A stretch of DNA of 64,000 nucleotides from Octopus vulgaris (Eukaryota): assembly GCA_951406725.2 (NCBI GenBank), contig OX597827.1, positions 52,576,001 through 52,640,000 on the forward strand, read 5' to 3'. Made by a program: the position numbers and the translations under genes. This document shows positions 1-10,993 of this stretch, one piece after another. The stretch's first letter is position 1; each line of letters begins with the position of its first letter. The notes under the pieces are model-generated. The model made no database searches. It saw only the letters and a program-made list of their open reading frames with translations, and was not told the DNA's origin.

Positions 1-1075
1 TTACACAACTTTTACATTTTTTATTTAAATGATTTTATATCTCATGATTTTTGTCAATGGTTTATGTATGTACATACAAATTTTGAGTTTAAAATTTCCA
101 ATCATGGATGTTATAGCACAAAATATGGTCGTTGGGGTCCGTCTGGATCCCATTAGCCTTCTGTGAAATTATTTTTTCTGTTCTTTTTTCAGATATTCTG
201 ATGAACTATAGGTCAAAACTATAAAAAACGATTTCTTTCAATAAAGGTTTTTTCAATCAATAAATTATATTTTAATTTCCCTCCATTAAATGCTAATGAT
301 TTATGAATAATGCTGAAATGCAGAAAAATAAAAGAGGGTCACTCAGGATCCCAATGGCCTTTTGTGTAATTTCAATATAGTAAAAATAGCATAAAAAAAG
401 AGGCTAAAATAACTGGTAATGTTCTTGCTGACTCTATTTGGCCTATAGTTTTTAGCAGATGAGGCATTAAATTTTTAGTTTTAGATTAGATGCTCATCTA
501 TTGCAGAAACATCTCTTGATAGCCTGCCATTTATATCTCTGATGTATTTCTGATTTGTGTCCACTATAATTTGGCTTTGTCTATGAATAGTACTGTCCCA
601 ATATAATTATGTGTGTGTGTGTATACGGGACATTTTGTGTAAAGAGAACAGTTTCAATCATTTGAGAGCTTGTTTACAGCAAGTTTAGGACCAATCAGCT
701 GACTAGGTAGAGTTTGAGTGATTGCCTGACCAGAGGTGTTTAACAGATACCTTGAGCCATTCTAGGAGGAAGTAAAAAAAGGCTGGGTTGAAGAGAAGTT
801 GGAGTTAAAGTGTATATGGAAATGTAGAAGATTTGATTGAAGTATTATATGAGCTTAATTAAAATACATTGGTGTTGAATATGAGATATCTCCTAATTTG
901 ATGGAATGGCATCATTTATGCTACTGCTTCTTAGAAAAAAATCTTGTATTTCCTTGATAATATTTTTAGGAATATTGGGAAGAAAAAATATTGAAGTAGA
1001 GGTTTTAAAGGGCTTAAAATTGTAACTAGATATTAATGTTTTTCTGGATTTTTGTTTCTTTTCTTTTTCATTTAG

Positions 1076-1158
1076 GTCCTGTATTTGGAAACCGTGATTA
1101 TTTCTCTGGGCTAGCAATTTTTCTTGATACGTATAGCAACCATAATGGACCACATAAT
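1076..1158 (+). CDS. LMAN2: VIP36/VIPL-type lectin, internal coding exon (first visible; the 5' exons lie upstream of the window)
   Basis: tttag|...|gtaag boundaries; encodes (G)PVFGNRDYFSGLAIFLDTYSNHNGPHN, including the DTYxN Ca2+/sugar-binding motif of L-type lectins; 83 nt, phase 1 to 0. Confidence 0.95.
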
Positions 1159-1508
1159 GTAAGAATTAAGATTTTTCTATATTCCAAAACACTTGACTTA
1201 AGCTTATTTTTACTTATCTCCCCAGCTTAGTACTAGAATTTAGAGAAGCATATTCATTGCCATTGATTACTGTAATATACCTATAGAATGGTGAAAATGA
1301 CTGAGACTATTATAAGATCTGGGGTCGATTTGCTCGACTAAAGGCAGTGCTCTAGCAAGGCCACAGTCAAATGACTGAAACACATGAAAGATATAAATAT
1401 GTTCATATTCACTGCAGGTGTTTTGAATAGGTCACTTATTCCATATGTGTAGTTCAACTGCAGTGTCTTACCTAAGATTTATTTTCTAATTTTAATGTAA
1501 AATTGGTG

Positions 1509-1737
1509 TTAGCCCTTTTGATACCAATCTGCTTGAGACTGCCTCTGGTTCCATGGCACAAACTTACTGTTTTAAAGTGATCTAAATTATAATCTTCCAT
1601 CAAAATTTTATGTTAATTTGTTCCAGACAGCCGCTTAATAACAAAAAAGATATTTTACTAAATACTTCATTGTTCTAAAAAGTAATTGAAACAAAGACAC
1701 TATATTTCTGTTGAAATATATAATCAAAAAGGTTTAA
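1509..1737. mobile_element. piggyBac-type MITE, family B
   Basis: Degenerate TTAA-CCCTTTT...AAAAGG-TTAA ends; homologous to the copy at 48418-48668. Confidence 0.6.
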
Positions 1738-1915
1738 GCCTCGCCTTTATAGACTTTTGAATAATTATTAATAAAATAACTGTTTGTGTGAAGCTAAAAT
1801 TTGTTCGGATTTTTTTTTTATTATTTATCTTTTATGCTCAAATTATTATTATGCAAAGAACAATTTAAAAGAAAAAAATCTACAAATGAATTTATTCTGC
1901 ATATTTTATTAACAG

Positions 1916-2077
1916 CATGCCCATCCCTATATATCAGCCATGGTAAATAATGGCTCACTTTCATATGACCACGATGCTGATGGCACCCATACAGAACTTT
2001 CTGGTTGTGAAGCTCAGTTTAGAAATAAAGATCATGACACCCATATTTCTATACGATATATTGACGGCATATTATTT
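1916..2077 (+). CDS. LMAN2: VIP36/VIPL-type lectin coding exon
   Basis: aacag|...|gtaagt; 162 nt; HAHPYISAMVNNGSLSYDHDADGTHTELSGCEAQFRNKDHDTHISIRYIDGILF, with the YDHxxDG motif, an NGS sequon and the first disulfide Cys; phase 0 to 0. Confidence 0.96.
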
Positions 2078-4176
2078 GTAAGTAACTTAAAATTTTATTT
2101 TTAGGTTTCCTAAAATATTCTGTAGGTATTGTTTTGTTGTTAATTCCACTTTGCTTCAGCTTAGAAAAGATCTATGGTAGACAGATATAATCAGGTATAA
2201 CCAGTTTGTTTTATATTCTAGATGATGTCCTTTTTCATTCAGTTTTGGGACTGTAATACTTTCAGTGGTTGGATGTGTGAAAAGTAGTGTGCACTTAGGA
2301 TATTTTATGAGAGTTTCACTGCCCACTCTCTATATTGAGGGCAGACTAGTAGTGTCTGAAGCCAGCACACTTGCTCAATATTGCAATTAAATCTACAACA
2401 AATTTTCTATTTTTTATAAAACAAGAACTATACAATTTTGGAGTTAGATTTTGGGGCAACATGTCAATGGTAAAGGTAAGAGTATCAAGCCAAATGCTAT
2501 GCTGAGTAAATGAAGTTTGCCGTGCCAAACAGGCTGGTTGTTATTGCAATTGTTAAATTGCAACCACTCAAGATCAGTTTCTTAGTTCAATTTCTGTATT
2601 ATTACAGATACTGATTCCAGACAATTTAGTAAAACATCCCATTTATTTTGGGATCAAATTCTAGTTTGGATTACAGTATCATTACTAAGCTCACAAATTT
2701 ACATCTATGATAATTTCTGTTATAATAATTCTTTGAGATATGCTCTTGATTTCAGATGAGCTCTTTCGTTTGAGAACATTCTGAAATTATCGCATTATTG
2801 AAAATTAGGAAGAAAGAATTTCTAAATGAAAGCTTTTGAATGGAGATAATCTCAGAAGAGTTGTTTCTTTCATCTGATACCCAGTTGGATCAATTGCTGT
2901 TATGTTATTATTACTGTTAGAAGAGTTATCAGTGTGTAATTTCTCATTTTTGTTTCCTTAATCTCTTTTATAGTTATAAATTTAGCTTGTATAGTTTTGG
3001 GCAGACGGCACAAAAGCACTCTTTCAAAGATACTCTAGCAACTTAAATTTCATGTATTGTAAAAATAATAATAAATCAAGCTCCACTAGGTAGAAGTGTC
3101 TTTGCCTTTGAAGCAAAGTGTAGCACTCAGGTGGTATATAAATTGTTGATAGGTTTCTCTGAACCTTATGACTTTCAAATATATCTGTACATTCACCAAT
3201 TCAGTTATTTCAACATTTAATCAATTATTATTTAGAGCTAGATTTACTGCCAATTGTTCAACTCTGATGTAGAATTCTTTGACTCTGAGGTACTAGCCAT
3301 GCAATGTAAAGCAAAAGTATATGTCTTTCTACTCAAAGTGGATTAAACAGAAATGTCTCTATCTTAATGTCAGTAAACTACTTGAAATAGTTCGTGTGTG
3401 GAGAGAAGGAGAATTCTGAAGCAAATGCATGATCTCAGTGAAACAACATTAGTATTTACTGTGTTTTACATTACTAGAGAATGTTAATACTTGAAGTGAC
3501 TTAATTAGCTGACAGACTAGAAAAAAATCATCTGTCTCTGACCACAATCTAGAATATCTAAGAAAAATACTTAAAGAACAGCCTAGAGAAAATTAAGACT
3601 AGGAATGTCACACAAATTATGCTAGGAATGTCACACAAACACATTGGATTTGCCTTTGCAACTGTGCTAGTAATAACTACAGTAATGATGGTTTCTGATT
3701 TAGGTACAAGGCTAGCTCCATGTTAAACTGTTCAACCCGTGTCAGCATGGAAAACAAACATTAAATGAATAATAATAATTTTTTCGTAGTTCTATCTTTA
3801 CAGTCATTCCAATCTCTCTGAGCCATGTTGGTAGCCAGTACCCAACTACCAACATGGCTCAAAAAGATTGGAACAAATGTAAAGCTAGAACATCTATAAA
3901 GATCACAATTGCTTGGAACTTCAGGAGTTCTCTTCAGGGTTCTTAAAGCATGATTAGTAAACAAGTGTCACCTTAGTCTGCTGGCTGTAAGCGGCTGACA
4001 CTTTTTCATGGTATGATATTTTTGACTAGGAATAGTGCCAATTTTTTTATTCTTGGCAAAATTACTTGTATTGAATTTCAGGGTATTACAGGTATTTAAT
4101 ATATCAATGCCTGAAAGACTAAGTTTATTCCAGTGGGGTTTAAAATAGTGAATATTGGAAACTAAAATACTGTAAA

Positions 4177-4395
4177 AGTATTTAAACCGGCCATATCCGG
4201 CCAAAAGTATTCTGCTTGTTTTATGTTCAAACTGGCCAGATCTGGTCTCTCACACCAACCCTTCAATATCATTTTAAAAATTAACAGCTACCTCATCAAA
4301 ATCTCAAAGCTACAAGATAATGCATGATTAGTTCAAAACAATGTGGATAAAGAAGCATTAATTTTGGCAGAATAATGTGAACACTAAAGGGTTAA
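4177..4395. mobile_element. piggyBac-type MITE, family A (left end eroded)
   Basis: Nearly identical to 7842-8062; ends in CTAAAGGG-TTAA. Confidence 0.8.
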
Positions 4396-4830
4396 ATCTG
4401 TATTCTATAATTTCTGTCAACTTTTTCATTTTAGTTTTAGTAATAGATGTCTTTGACAAGGCTTGAAGATAATTTTTGTAAGTAAGCAGGTATAGTTAGT
4501 CATGTTACTATTATTGGATTTATTGATCTCAGAAAGATGAAATTTCAGGTTAATCCCTATTGTATTCGAACTCAAAGGAATGTAACTAAATTTTGTATAC
4601 TGTAAATCATTCTTTTTGTTTCCTCAAACTCGTTGCTTTGCTAATTAGTTATAGTAATTGAAATAATGAATTTAGGAGATGCCATGTTGGTGAAAATAAT
4701 CTCTTTCATACCTTGTTAGGTGTTTCTCTTTCAATGTTTATAAAAATACATTTGATATTCATTATTCAGTTTTACTTGAAAGTAAAACCTTGAGTTGATC
4801 ATCATTAAATCAAACACCTCTTCATTGCAG

Positions 4831-4945
4831 GTATATATAGATATTGATAACAAAAATGTTTGGAAAGAATGCTTTACAGTAAAAGGGGTACATTTACCAA
4901 CAGGTTATTATGTTGGAGTATCAGCTGCCACTGGGGAATTGGCAG
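4831..4945 (+). CDS. LMAN2: VIP36/VIPL-type lectin coding exon
   Basis: ttgcag|...|gtaag; 115 nt; VYIDIDNKNVWKECFTVKGVHLPTGYYVGVSAATGELA; phase 0 to 1. Confidence 0.96.
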
Positions 4946-5279
4946 GTAAGTTTGTTTCTATTTTATTTATACAATTATCAGTTTGTATAATTGATCTGAT
5001 GTTACAAATTACTTTTTTCTCCTGCCAAATTACATTCACTGTGATTTATCTTCATATGTTTGATGAAGGTAGATTTGTTTACAAATCTTGATATTGACTT
5101 GAAATATTCAGTTCTCAGTCAACTGTCTTTTACTAATTATTTTCTCAGTTGAATTGCTGTACCTTTTTCGCCATGTATCACTCTGTTTACAATTCTTCAG
5201 TCTAGACAGATCTTTTTGAGTGTAACATTCTTTTTCTTAGCTTTTGATTTCTTTGGTGTGTGTGTGTGTAAATGTTTAA

Positions 5280-5425
5280 CGACAAGAAAGAGTGCTCAAG
5301 GCTGATGGAGTTCTGTGATGCAAATGACTTGATGATCTGCAGCACAAACTTCAGAAAACTTACCAGCTACTTGATTGTCTATTCTGTTGGTTGGCATATA
5401 AGTTGGATTGATTGCATTTTCACCA
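5280..5425 (+). mobile_element. Old RTE-clade LINE endonuclease fragment (continues at about 6590-6925)
   Basis: Translates RLMEFCDANDLMICSTNFRK...IDCIFTR, typical of the RTE APE endonuclease C-terminal half. Confidence 0.75.
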
Positions 5426-6586
5426 GGTCGGAAGAGAGATCAGATGAAAAATGCCTAAAAAACGATCACCACCACAACAACCCTCTTCTTTTCAGGCGCT
5501 GAATTGCACCCCTCCTCCCCACATCTCCTTCCCAGTTTTCAGAGTTGACACTGTCAATGTTGGTACATTGAAAGGTAGGTCTAGTGAGATTGTAGAGATG
5601 ATTGAGAGAAGACGGGTTGATGTATGCTGCATACAAGAGGTAAGATGGAGAGGTGCTTCAGCTAGGGTCCTCACAGGCAAGGTACATAGGTACAAAGTCT
5701 TCTGGCAAGGTAACATGGATGGTGTAGGGGGTGGATAAGGTATGATCCGCTGGATGTGTAATGTCAGTGTGCACGCACAACAGTGTAAGCACCCTGAGAG
5801 AAATGCTGGACATAAGAAGCATCAGATGTGGTGTGCAAGAGCGATGCTTGCAATGGTATGGTCATGTACTGCAGATGGATGAGGAGAGATGTGTGAAGAA
5901 GTGCCACTCCCAAACAGTTGAAGGTATCAGGGGGAGAGGTAGACCCAGGAAGACATGGGATGAGGTTGTCAAGCATGACCTCAGAGCGTTGGGCCTCACT
6001 GAGGCAATGGCGAAGGACCGAGATCTCTGGAGATATGCTGTGACTGCAAAGACCCGGGCTGCTTCCTGCACCAGTTCCGCATAGCCCCTGCCCATTCAAA
6101 GTACCTTGGATTTCAGAACATCCCGCTGTGCTTGAGGAGACCTGTTGAGTCAAGTACATGAACATCGAAATAAATATCAATGGAAATAGTAGTTGTGATA
6201 CCTGTGCTGGTGGCACATAAAAAGCACCATCCGAACGTGGCTGTTGCCAGTGCCGCCTCAACTGGCTTCTGTGCCAGTGGCACATAAAAAGCACCATCTG
6301 AACGTGGCCGATGCCAGCGCCGCCTTGACTGGCTTCCATGCTGGTGGCACGTTAAAAGCACCAACCGATCGTGGCCAATGACGGACCCCCCCTGGCACCT
6401 GTGCAGGTGGCACGTAAAAAGCACCCACTACACTCACAGAGTGGTTGGCGTTAGGAAGGGCATCCAGCTGTAGAAACTCTGCCAGATCAGACTGGAGCCT
6501 GGTGCAGCCCCTGGCTTCCCAGACCCCGGTCGAACTGTCCAACCCGTGCTAGCACGGAAAACGGACGTTAAACGATGATGATGATG
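5426..6586 (+). mobile_element. Internally deleted RTE LINE (endonuclease N-terminus fused to ORF C-terminus and 3' UTR)
   Basis: ORF 5451..5738 (TVNVGTLKGR...DVCCIQEVRW) is followed directly by LQWYGHVLQM...GRGRPRKTW (ORF 5761..6084), 3' UTR repeats and a (GAT)n tail. Confidence 0.88.
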
Positions 6587-6589
6587 TTA

Positions 6590-6925
6590 GGGATGGATGG
6601 ATAGATAGATAAATGCAAAGTTCTACCCTGGTGAAGAATGTACAATCCAACATGGATTAGTGGTTTGTGACTCGGTCACAAACCAACCTGGAAGAGGAGG
6701 ATGTGGAAGCTTAAAGAATTAGTGAGCAGTAAGAAATTTCGAGAAGTACTAGTTGAAGCATTTGATAAAGAGGAGAAAGTAGAGATGTATAGCATAGAAG
6801 CCAATTGGAAGTTTCGATGAGACAGCCTACAGAGGGATACAGATTTAATCTAACCAGTGCAAAGTTCCATCCAAACTGAAGGTGACATGATGGTGGAAAA
6901 GTGAGGTAGGCTTGGAAAGACTGCC
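6590..6925 (+). mobile_element. Old RTE LINE fragment (continuation of 5280-5425)
   Basis: INAKFYPGEECTIQHGLVVCD, then RMWKLKE...VT*WW, with stops and frameshifts. Confidence 0.7.
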
Positions 6926-6929
6926 ATAC

Positions 6930-7125
6930 TAACTTATACTTGTGACTGCGTTCACCCAGGATGGGTTGAGCCGGCTTCTTCTTGACAGTCCTGTGTGAGG
7001 TCACTGGAGATAGCGAGCCATTCGTGGTTCCATCTGCGAAGACCGACCACCTGTGGACCTGAGAGTTCAGAGAGGTCCTCCTTTATCATCATTGCCACAT
7101 CTCATTCTTAACACCCTTTCATATC
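6930..7125 (-). mobile_element. 3' end fragment of a second RTE-like LINE
   Basis: Minus strand reads IKEDL..LSGPQVVGLRRWNHEWLAISSDL and ends in CACAAGTATAAGT. Confidence 0.55.
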
Positions 7126-7841
7126 CGCCATTGATGGTATGGTCATGTACTATCAACTTTTACTATTTACATTAAATTATTGGAGAAACCATGCTATTCT
7201 TACAGATGTTCATTAACAGTAAATGGAATTGGTTTTCTTGGCAGATAAAGAAGTGTAATATGTCCTCACTATATGTGCCTCTCTGCCTTCCATCTGTATC
7301 ATTGAGTGTTTCTGTCTTTTACCCTCTTCTTCTATGCTTCTCCTTTACCCACCACCCAACACATTGTATCAGTATTTCTCTGTCTACAGTTTTATTATAC
7401 TGCTGGTCTCAGTCCTTTCTGTACTGTCATTATCTTCTCGTTTTTATTTCTTTCACATTCCCCACCAAACTCATATTTACCATCAGTCAAGCTTCCAGCC
7501 TTGTTCACCATTCACTACTGTCATCTCACACTTTTGCAAATTTACCCATTGTTTCCTGATTCTTTCTCTATTGTCTCTTCTGTGTAAATAGTTTGTAGGG
7601 GTCAGTTTAATTTTATTGTATTGCTAATAAATTGTTTGACCTATATGGCTATTCACAGTGAAGTCTGATAACATATCAAAAGCACATTTTCTTTATTTTT
7701 TCACAATTACTAATTGCTACTGTTGTCTGATAAGTAAATTTATTCTTCAATGTTTGGTTTGATACATTAATTTTGCTGATTAAATTAAAAATAAATACTT
7801 TTACAATACTTCTTTTACTTGACTATTTTTAAATCTCTTAA

Positions 7842-8062
7842 CCCTTTAGCATTTAAACCGGCCATATCCGGCCAAAAGTATTCTGCCTGTTTTATGTTCA
7901 AACTGGCCAGATCTGGTCTCTCACACCAACCCTACAATATCGTTTTAAAAATTAACAGCTACCTCATCAAAATCTCATAGCTACAAGATAATGCATGATT
8001 AGTTCAAAACGATGTGGATAAAAAAGGATTAATTTTGGCAGAATAACGCGAACACTAAAGGG
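7842..8062. mobile_element. piggyBac-type MITE, family A (complete)
   Basis: TIRs CCCTTTAG/CTAAAGGG flanked by a TTAA TSD (7838-7841 and 8063-8066); other copies at 4177, 54889 and a partial one near 24530. Confidence 0.9.
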
Positions 8063-8608
8063 TTAAATTAGTTCTGCCTGTCAACATGCCTTTGCCCATC
8101 AATTTTGGTAAATTGTGTTCAAAATAAGAGGACAATCAATATTTCTATAGTAATGGTTATTTTGAATATCATTTGGAACGCATTTGTAGTGTGCTTTATT
8201 TTGGAATATGTCTGCTAATGAGACAGTGTTTAATTCAATTTGCAGTGATAAAAATTAATAGTGATTGAAGTAAAAGGAATAGATTAGTCTACTTCATATT
8301 CCTCTCCTTAACTTTTTTTTTTTTTTTATTTTTGTTTTTTAAAATTCTGATCACACTGCATTGCATTGATTGTCTCTAAATGTTTATAGGTTTCTTTTGT
8401 CTGGGTACAAAGTTCTGTATTTTAGTTAAAACAAAATTGTGCTATGACAATTGGGTTTTCCCCACAGTATTAGTAAAGAAAGTGAAATGGCTCTAATAGT
8501 GAGTCAAAAATGGAAAATGATTTGTGCTTGTCAGGAGTTTAAATCTCTTTTTGCAGCAACCCCCATGCTCTATCAAAAATTAATATATTCTTTGAAATTT
8601 TTTTCCAG

Positions 8609-8661
8609 ATAATCATGATATCTTATCAGTCAAATTTTATGAATTGGAGGCTCCTGAAGTG
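8609..8661 (+). CDS. LMAN2: VIP36/VIPL-type lectin coding exon
   Basis: ttccag|...|gtaagt; (D)NHDILSVKFYELEAPEV completes the GELADNHD motif; 53 nt, phase 1 to 0. Confidence 0.93.
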
Positions 8662-8752
8662 GTAAGTAATTTCTTGACATTTCGGGTTTCAAAATTTAAT
8701 TTTCTTTATCAGTGACATTGTAATGTTAATTTGTAACATTTTTCTTCTTCAG

Positions 8753-8810
8753 GATGCAGAAAATTTTAAAGATGTTGTTCCTTCTGCAGATTTCTCTGCT
8801 CAACCTAGAG
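8753..8810 (+). CDS. LMAN2: VIP36/VIPL-type lectin coding exon (stalk)
   Basis: cttcag|...|gtaag after a 91-nt intron; DAENFKDVVPSADFSAQPR; 58 nt, phase 0 to 1, which matches the next exon. Confidence 0.9.
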
Positions 8811-9056
8811 GTAAGATTACTGTTTCTAATATTTCCTTATAACTATCTGTTGTTATCTCAAAGCATCACCCCTAGGCTATGTTGATTGCTTTGCATTCAT
8901 TTTTTATGTTTATTACAACTAAAATATTTTTCTACCAACTTTTACTATTTACATTAAATTATTGGAGAAACCATGCTATTCTTACAGATGTTCATTAACA
9001 GTAAATGGAATTGGTTTTCTTGGCAGATAAAGAAGTGTAATATGTTTAACCTAAAG

Positions 9057-9370
9057 CAGTGGCTCTCTATTAGGGTTCGTTTGGACCCTGAGGGTCCATA
9101 TAAGATTTTTGGGGACACACATAAAATAGTAAATTGGGGATCCACAATAGTATTTTAAGGGCCCCTGAAAAGATTTTGCTTTAGATGTATGTATTGCAAG
9201 AAACAGCTGGGTTTCTTTTTCTAATATTTTACTTAGTTCAATTTACACGAGTTAATGTGTGAAAAACGAAACAAAAATTTTGAAAGAAGTTTCTATAAAG
9301 TTAATTTTAAACATAGAATGAATATGGTGGTTCACCAGAATAAAAGATATAAAGTGGTTGAGAACCCCTG
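9057..9370. mobile_element. hAT/Charlie-type MITE
   Basis: CAGTGGCTCTC...GGTTGAGAACCCCTG termini; interior homologous to 49226-49571. Confidence 0.75.
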
Positions 9371-10847
9371 AAAGGTCACCACAGATTAGCTATTGTAAAC
9401 CTTACATACATTAGCACAAAATATGTTACTAATATGTTGAGTGCCAGTTTTGCTGGTTTTGTCCTTGTGACTATATATGAGCTCTGCCCTGCAAATTACT
9501 AAAGCCCTGTTGCCTGTAGCAATAATTATAATAATCTTTATTATTTATGAATAGGTTGGCTCAGCCATTCAGCATTATTTGTGACAGTGCTGGTAATGAT
9601 ATTCAAACTTCCAACCTCTTGGATTGTGGACTGTATTGAGTTATCTGCGACTCATAAATTTTTGAGAATTTTTCACTAATTGTAACAGGTTAAATTGGAT
9701 TGTATCATGATAGTCAATCTATATGTGTTAACAGAAAGCCATAGTTGTTTTATTGATATTAAATTAATATGTCCCATTGTAGTAAACTGTTTAAAATATG
9801 TTGGAGAGGACATGCAGAAAAATTGACAATTGTCAAATTTTCTGTACTTCATTATCTGTACTCTAGCAAGTGTCCTGCTTATTTAACATAAATATAGGAG
9901 GATCTTACATATGTAATGTAGTAAGTTAAAAACTTCAATGAACCAAGGTTTAACCAAGCAACTAGAATAAAAAAAAACTTATGAAGTGTTTAAAATCTAA
10001 AAAACAAACATATTTTCAATAAAATTGATCAGAATTTTGGGGTAATATAGACAATGTCAAGATTTTGTCTTTAAAACTAACTGGTGAAAGTAAGGGACAT
10101 GTTTTGGTCTTAGACCTCCTCACTAAAGCATATTATATACAGTTTGACAAGTTTGTATGATCAGTATATATAGAAACAGAAATTATGATGAAATTTGCTT
10201 TCAATTCTAAGTCAAAATTGTTTTTGGAGAACCTTTTTATCTTTCTGGCATAACTCTAAAATCTAATTTTTCCTGAGAAACTGTGACCGTGGTTTGTAAT
10301 TACCTCCCTTGATGTAGTCCTTTCTACTTGGATCATGACGAATAATCTGATGTTCTGTCACGGATTTATATTGTACGGTGTTAAGCCGAAATTCATCATC
10401 ATTACCCCCCCCCTCCTTTAAAAATTTTTTTTCGTATGATGGCATGGATTGCCACAGAATCTCATCACTTTTACCTCTTTCTCTTTCTGATTCAAACAGC
10501 AGAGAAAACTGCTAGTCTTTGTTATTGTGTGTGTAATCCTTTTGAGACTTGGTACATTTTATCTTGCGACTGGTACAAGAGAAATGTCTGTGATGGAACT
10601 AAATAGCCCTCCACATTCGATCAGTTTTTTTTTTTTTTATCACTGTTACTTATTTGTTTTCTTGATGGCTTACACATTCAACATGTCCTCCAGTCAAAAT
10701 TATGTGTTTTTCAAGAATTATTCTGCAACTCAATTTGAGTTGCATTTCATTGGTGGGAATGATTCTTGTAGAGGTTCGCTTACCTCTATAAAGTGCCATG
10801 AGCTTAAGGTGGCGATAAAAACTGGTTTTTTTTTTTTACTATTTCAG

Positions 10848-10993
10848 ATCATGTAGCTGTCAACCCTTCATCATGGAGTGCATGGAAAATAATTACACTA
10901 ATTATAATTGTCATTGGTTTTGTGATTGGTGCTTTTGTACTGATCTATGCCTACCAGAAACACCAAGAAGGAAAACGTAAAAGATTTTATTAA
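10848..10993 (+). CDS. LMAN2: VIP36/VIPL-type lectin last coding exon (transmembrane helix and cytosolic tail)
   Basis: tttcag|; (D)HVAVNPSSWSAWKIITLIIIVIGFVIGAFVLIYAYQKHQEGKRKRFY*; hydrophobic span followed by the KRFY C-terminus typical of VIP36/VIPL; TAA at 10991-10993. Confidence 0.95.

Noticed and set aside
6200-6430. Regularly spaced ~20-bp repeats resembling a CRISPR array
   Set aside because: They lie in an RTE LINE 3' UTR, the spacers resemble each other, the context is eukaryotic and there are no cas genes
5764-6542. Long minus-strand ORFs (191, 103 and 94 aa)
   Set aside because: Antisense frames of the GC-richer RTE sequence; no independent protein features
7191-7591. Overlapping hydrophobic ORFs suggesting a membrane protein
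   Set aside because: Pyrimidine-rich, low-complexity intron; the shared N-terminus with ORF 8973 is only due to the 110-bp duplication
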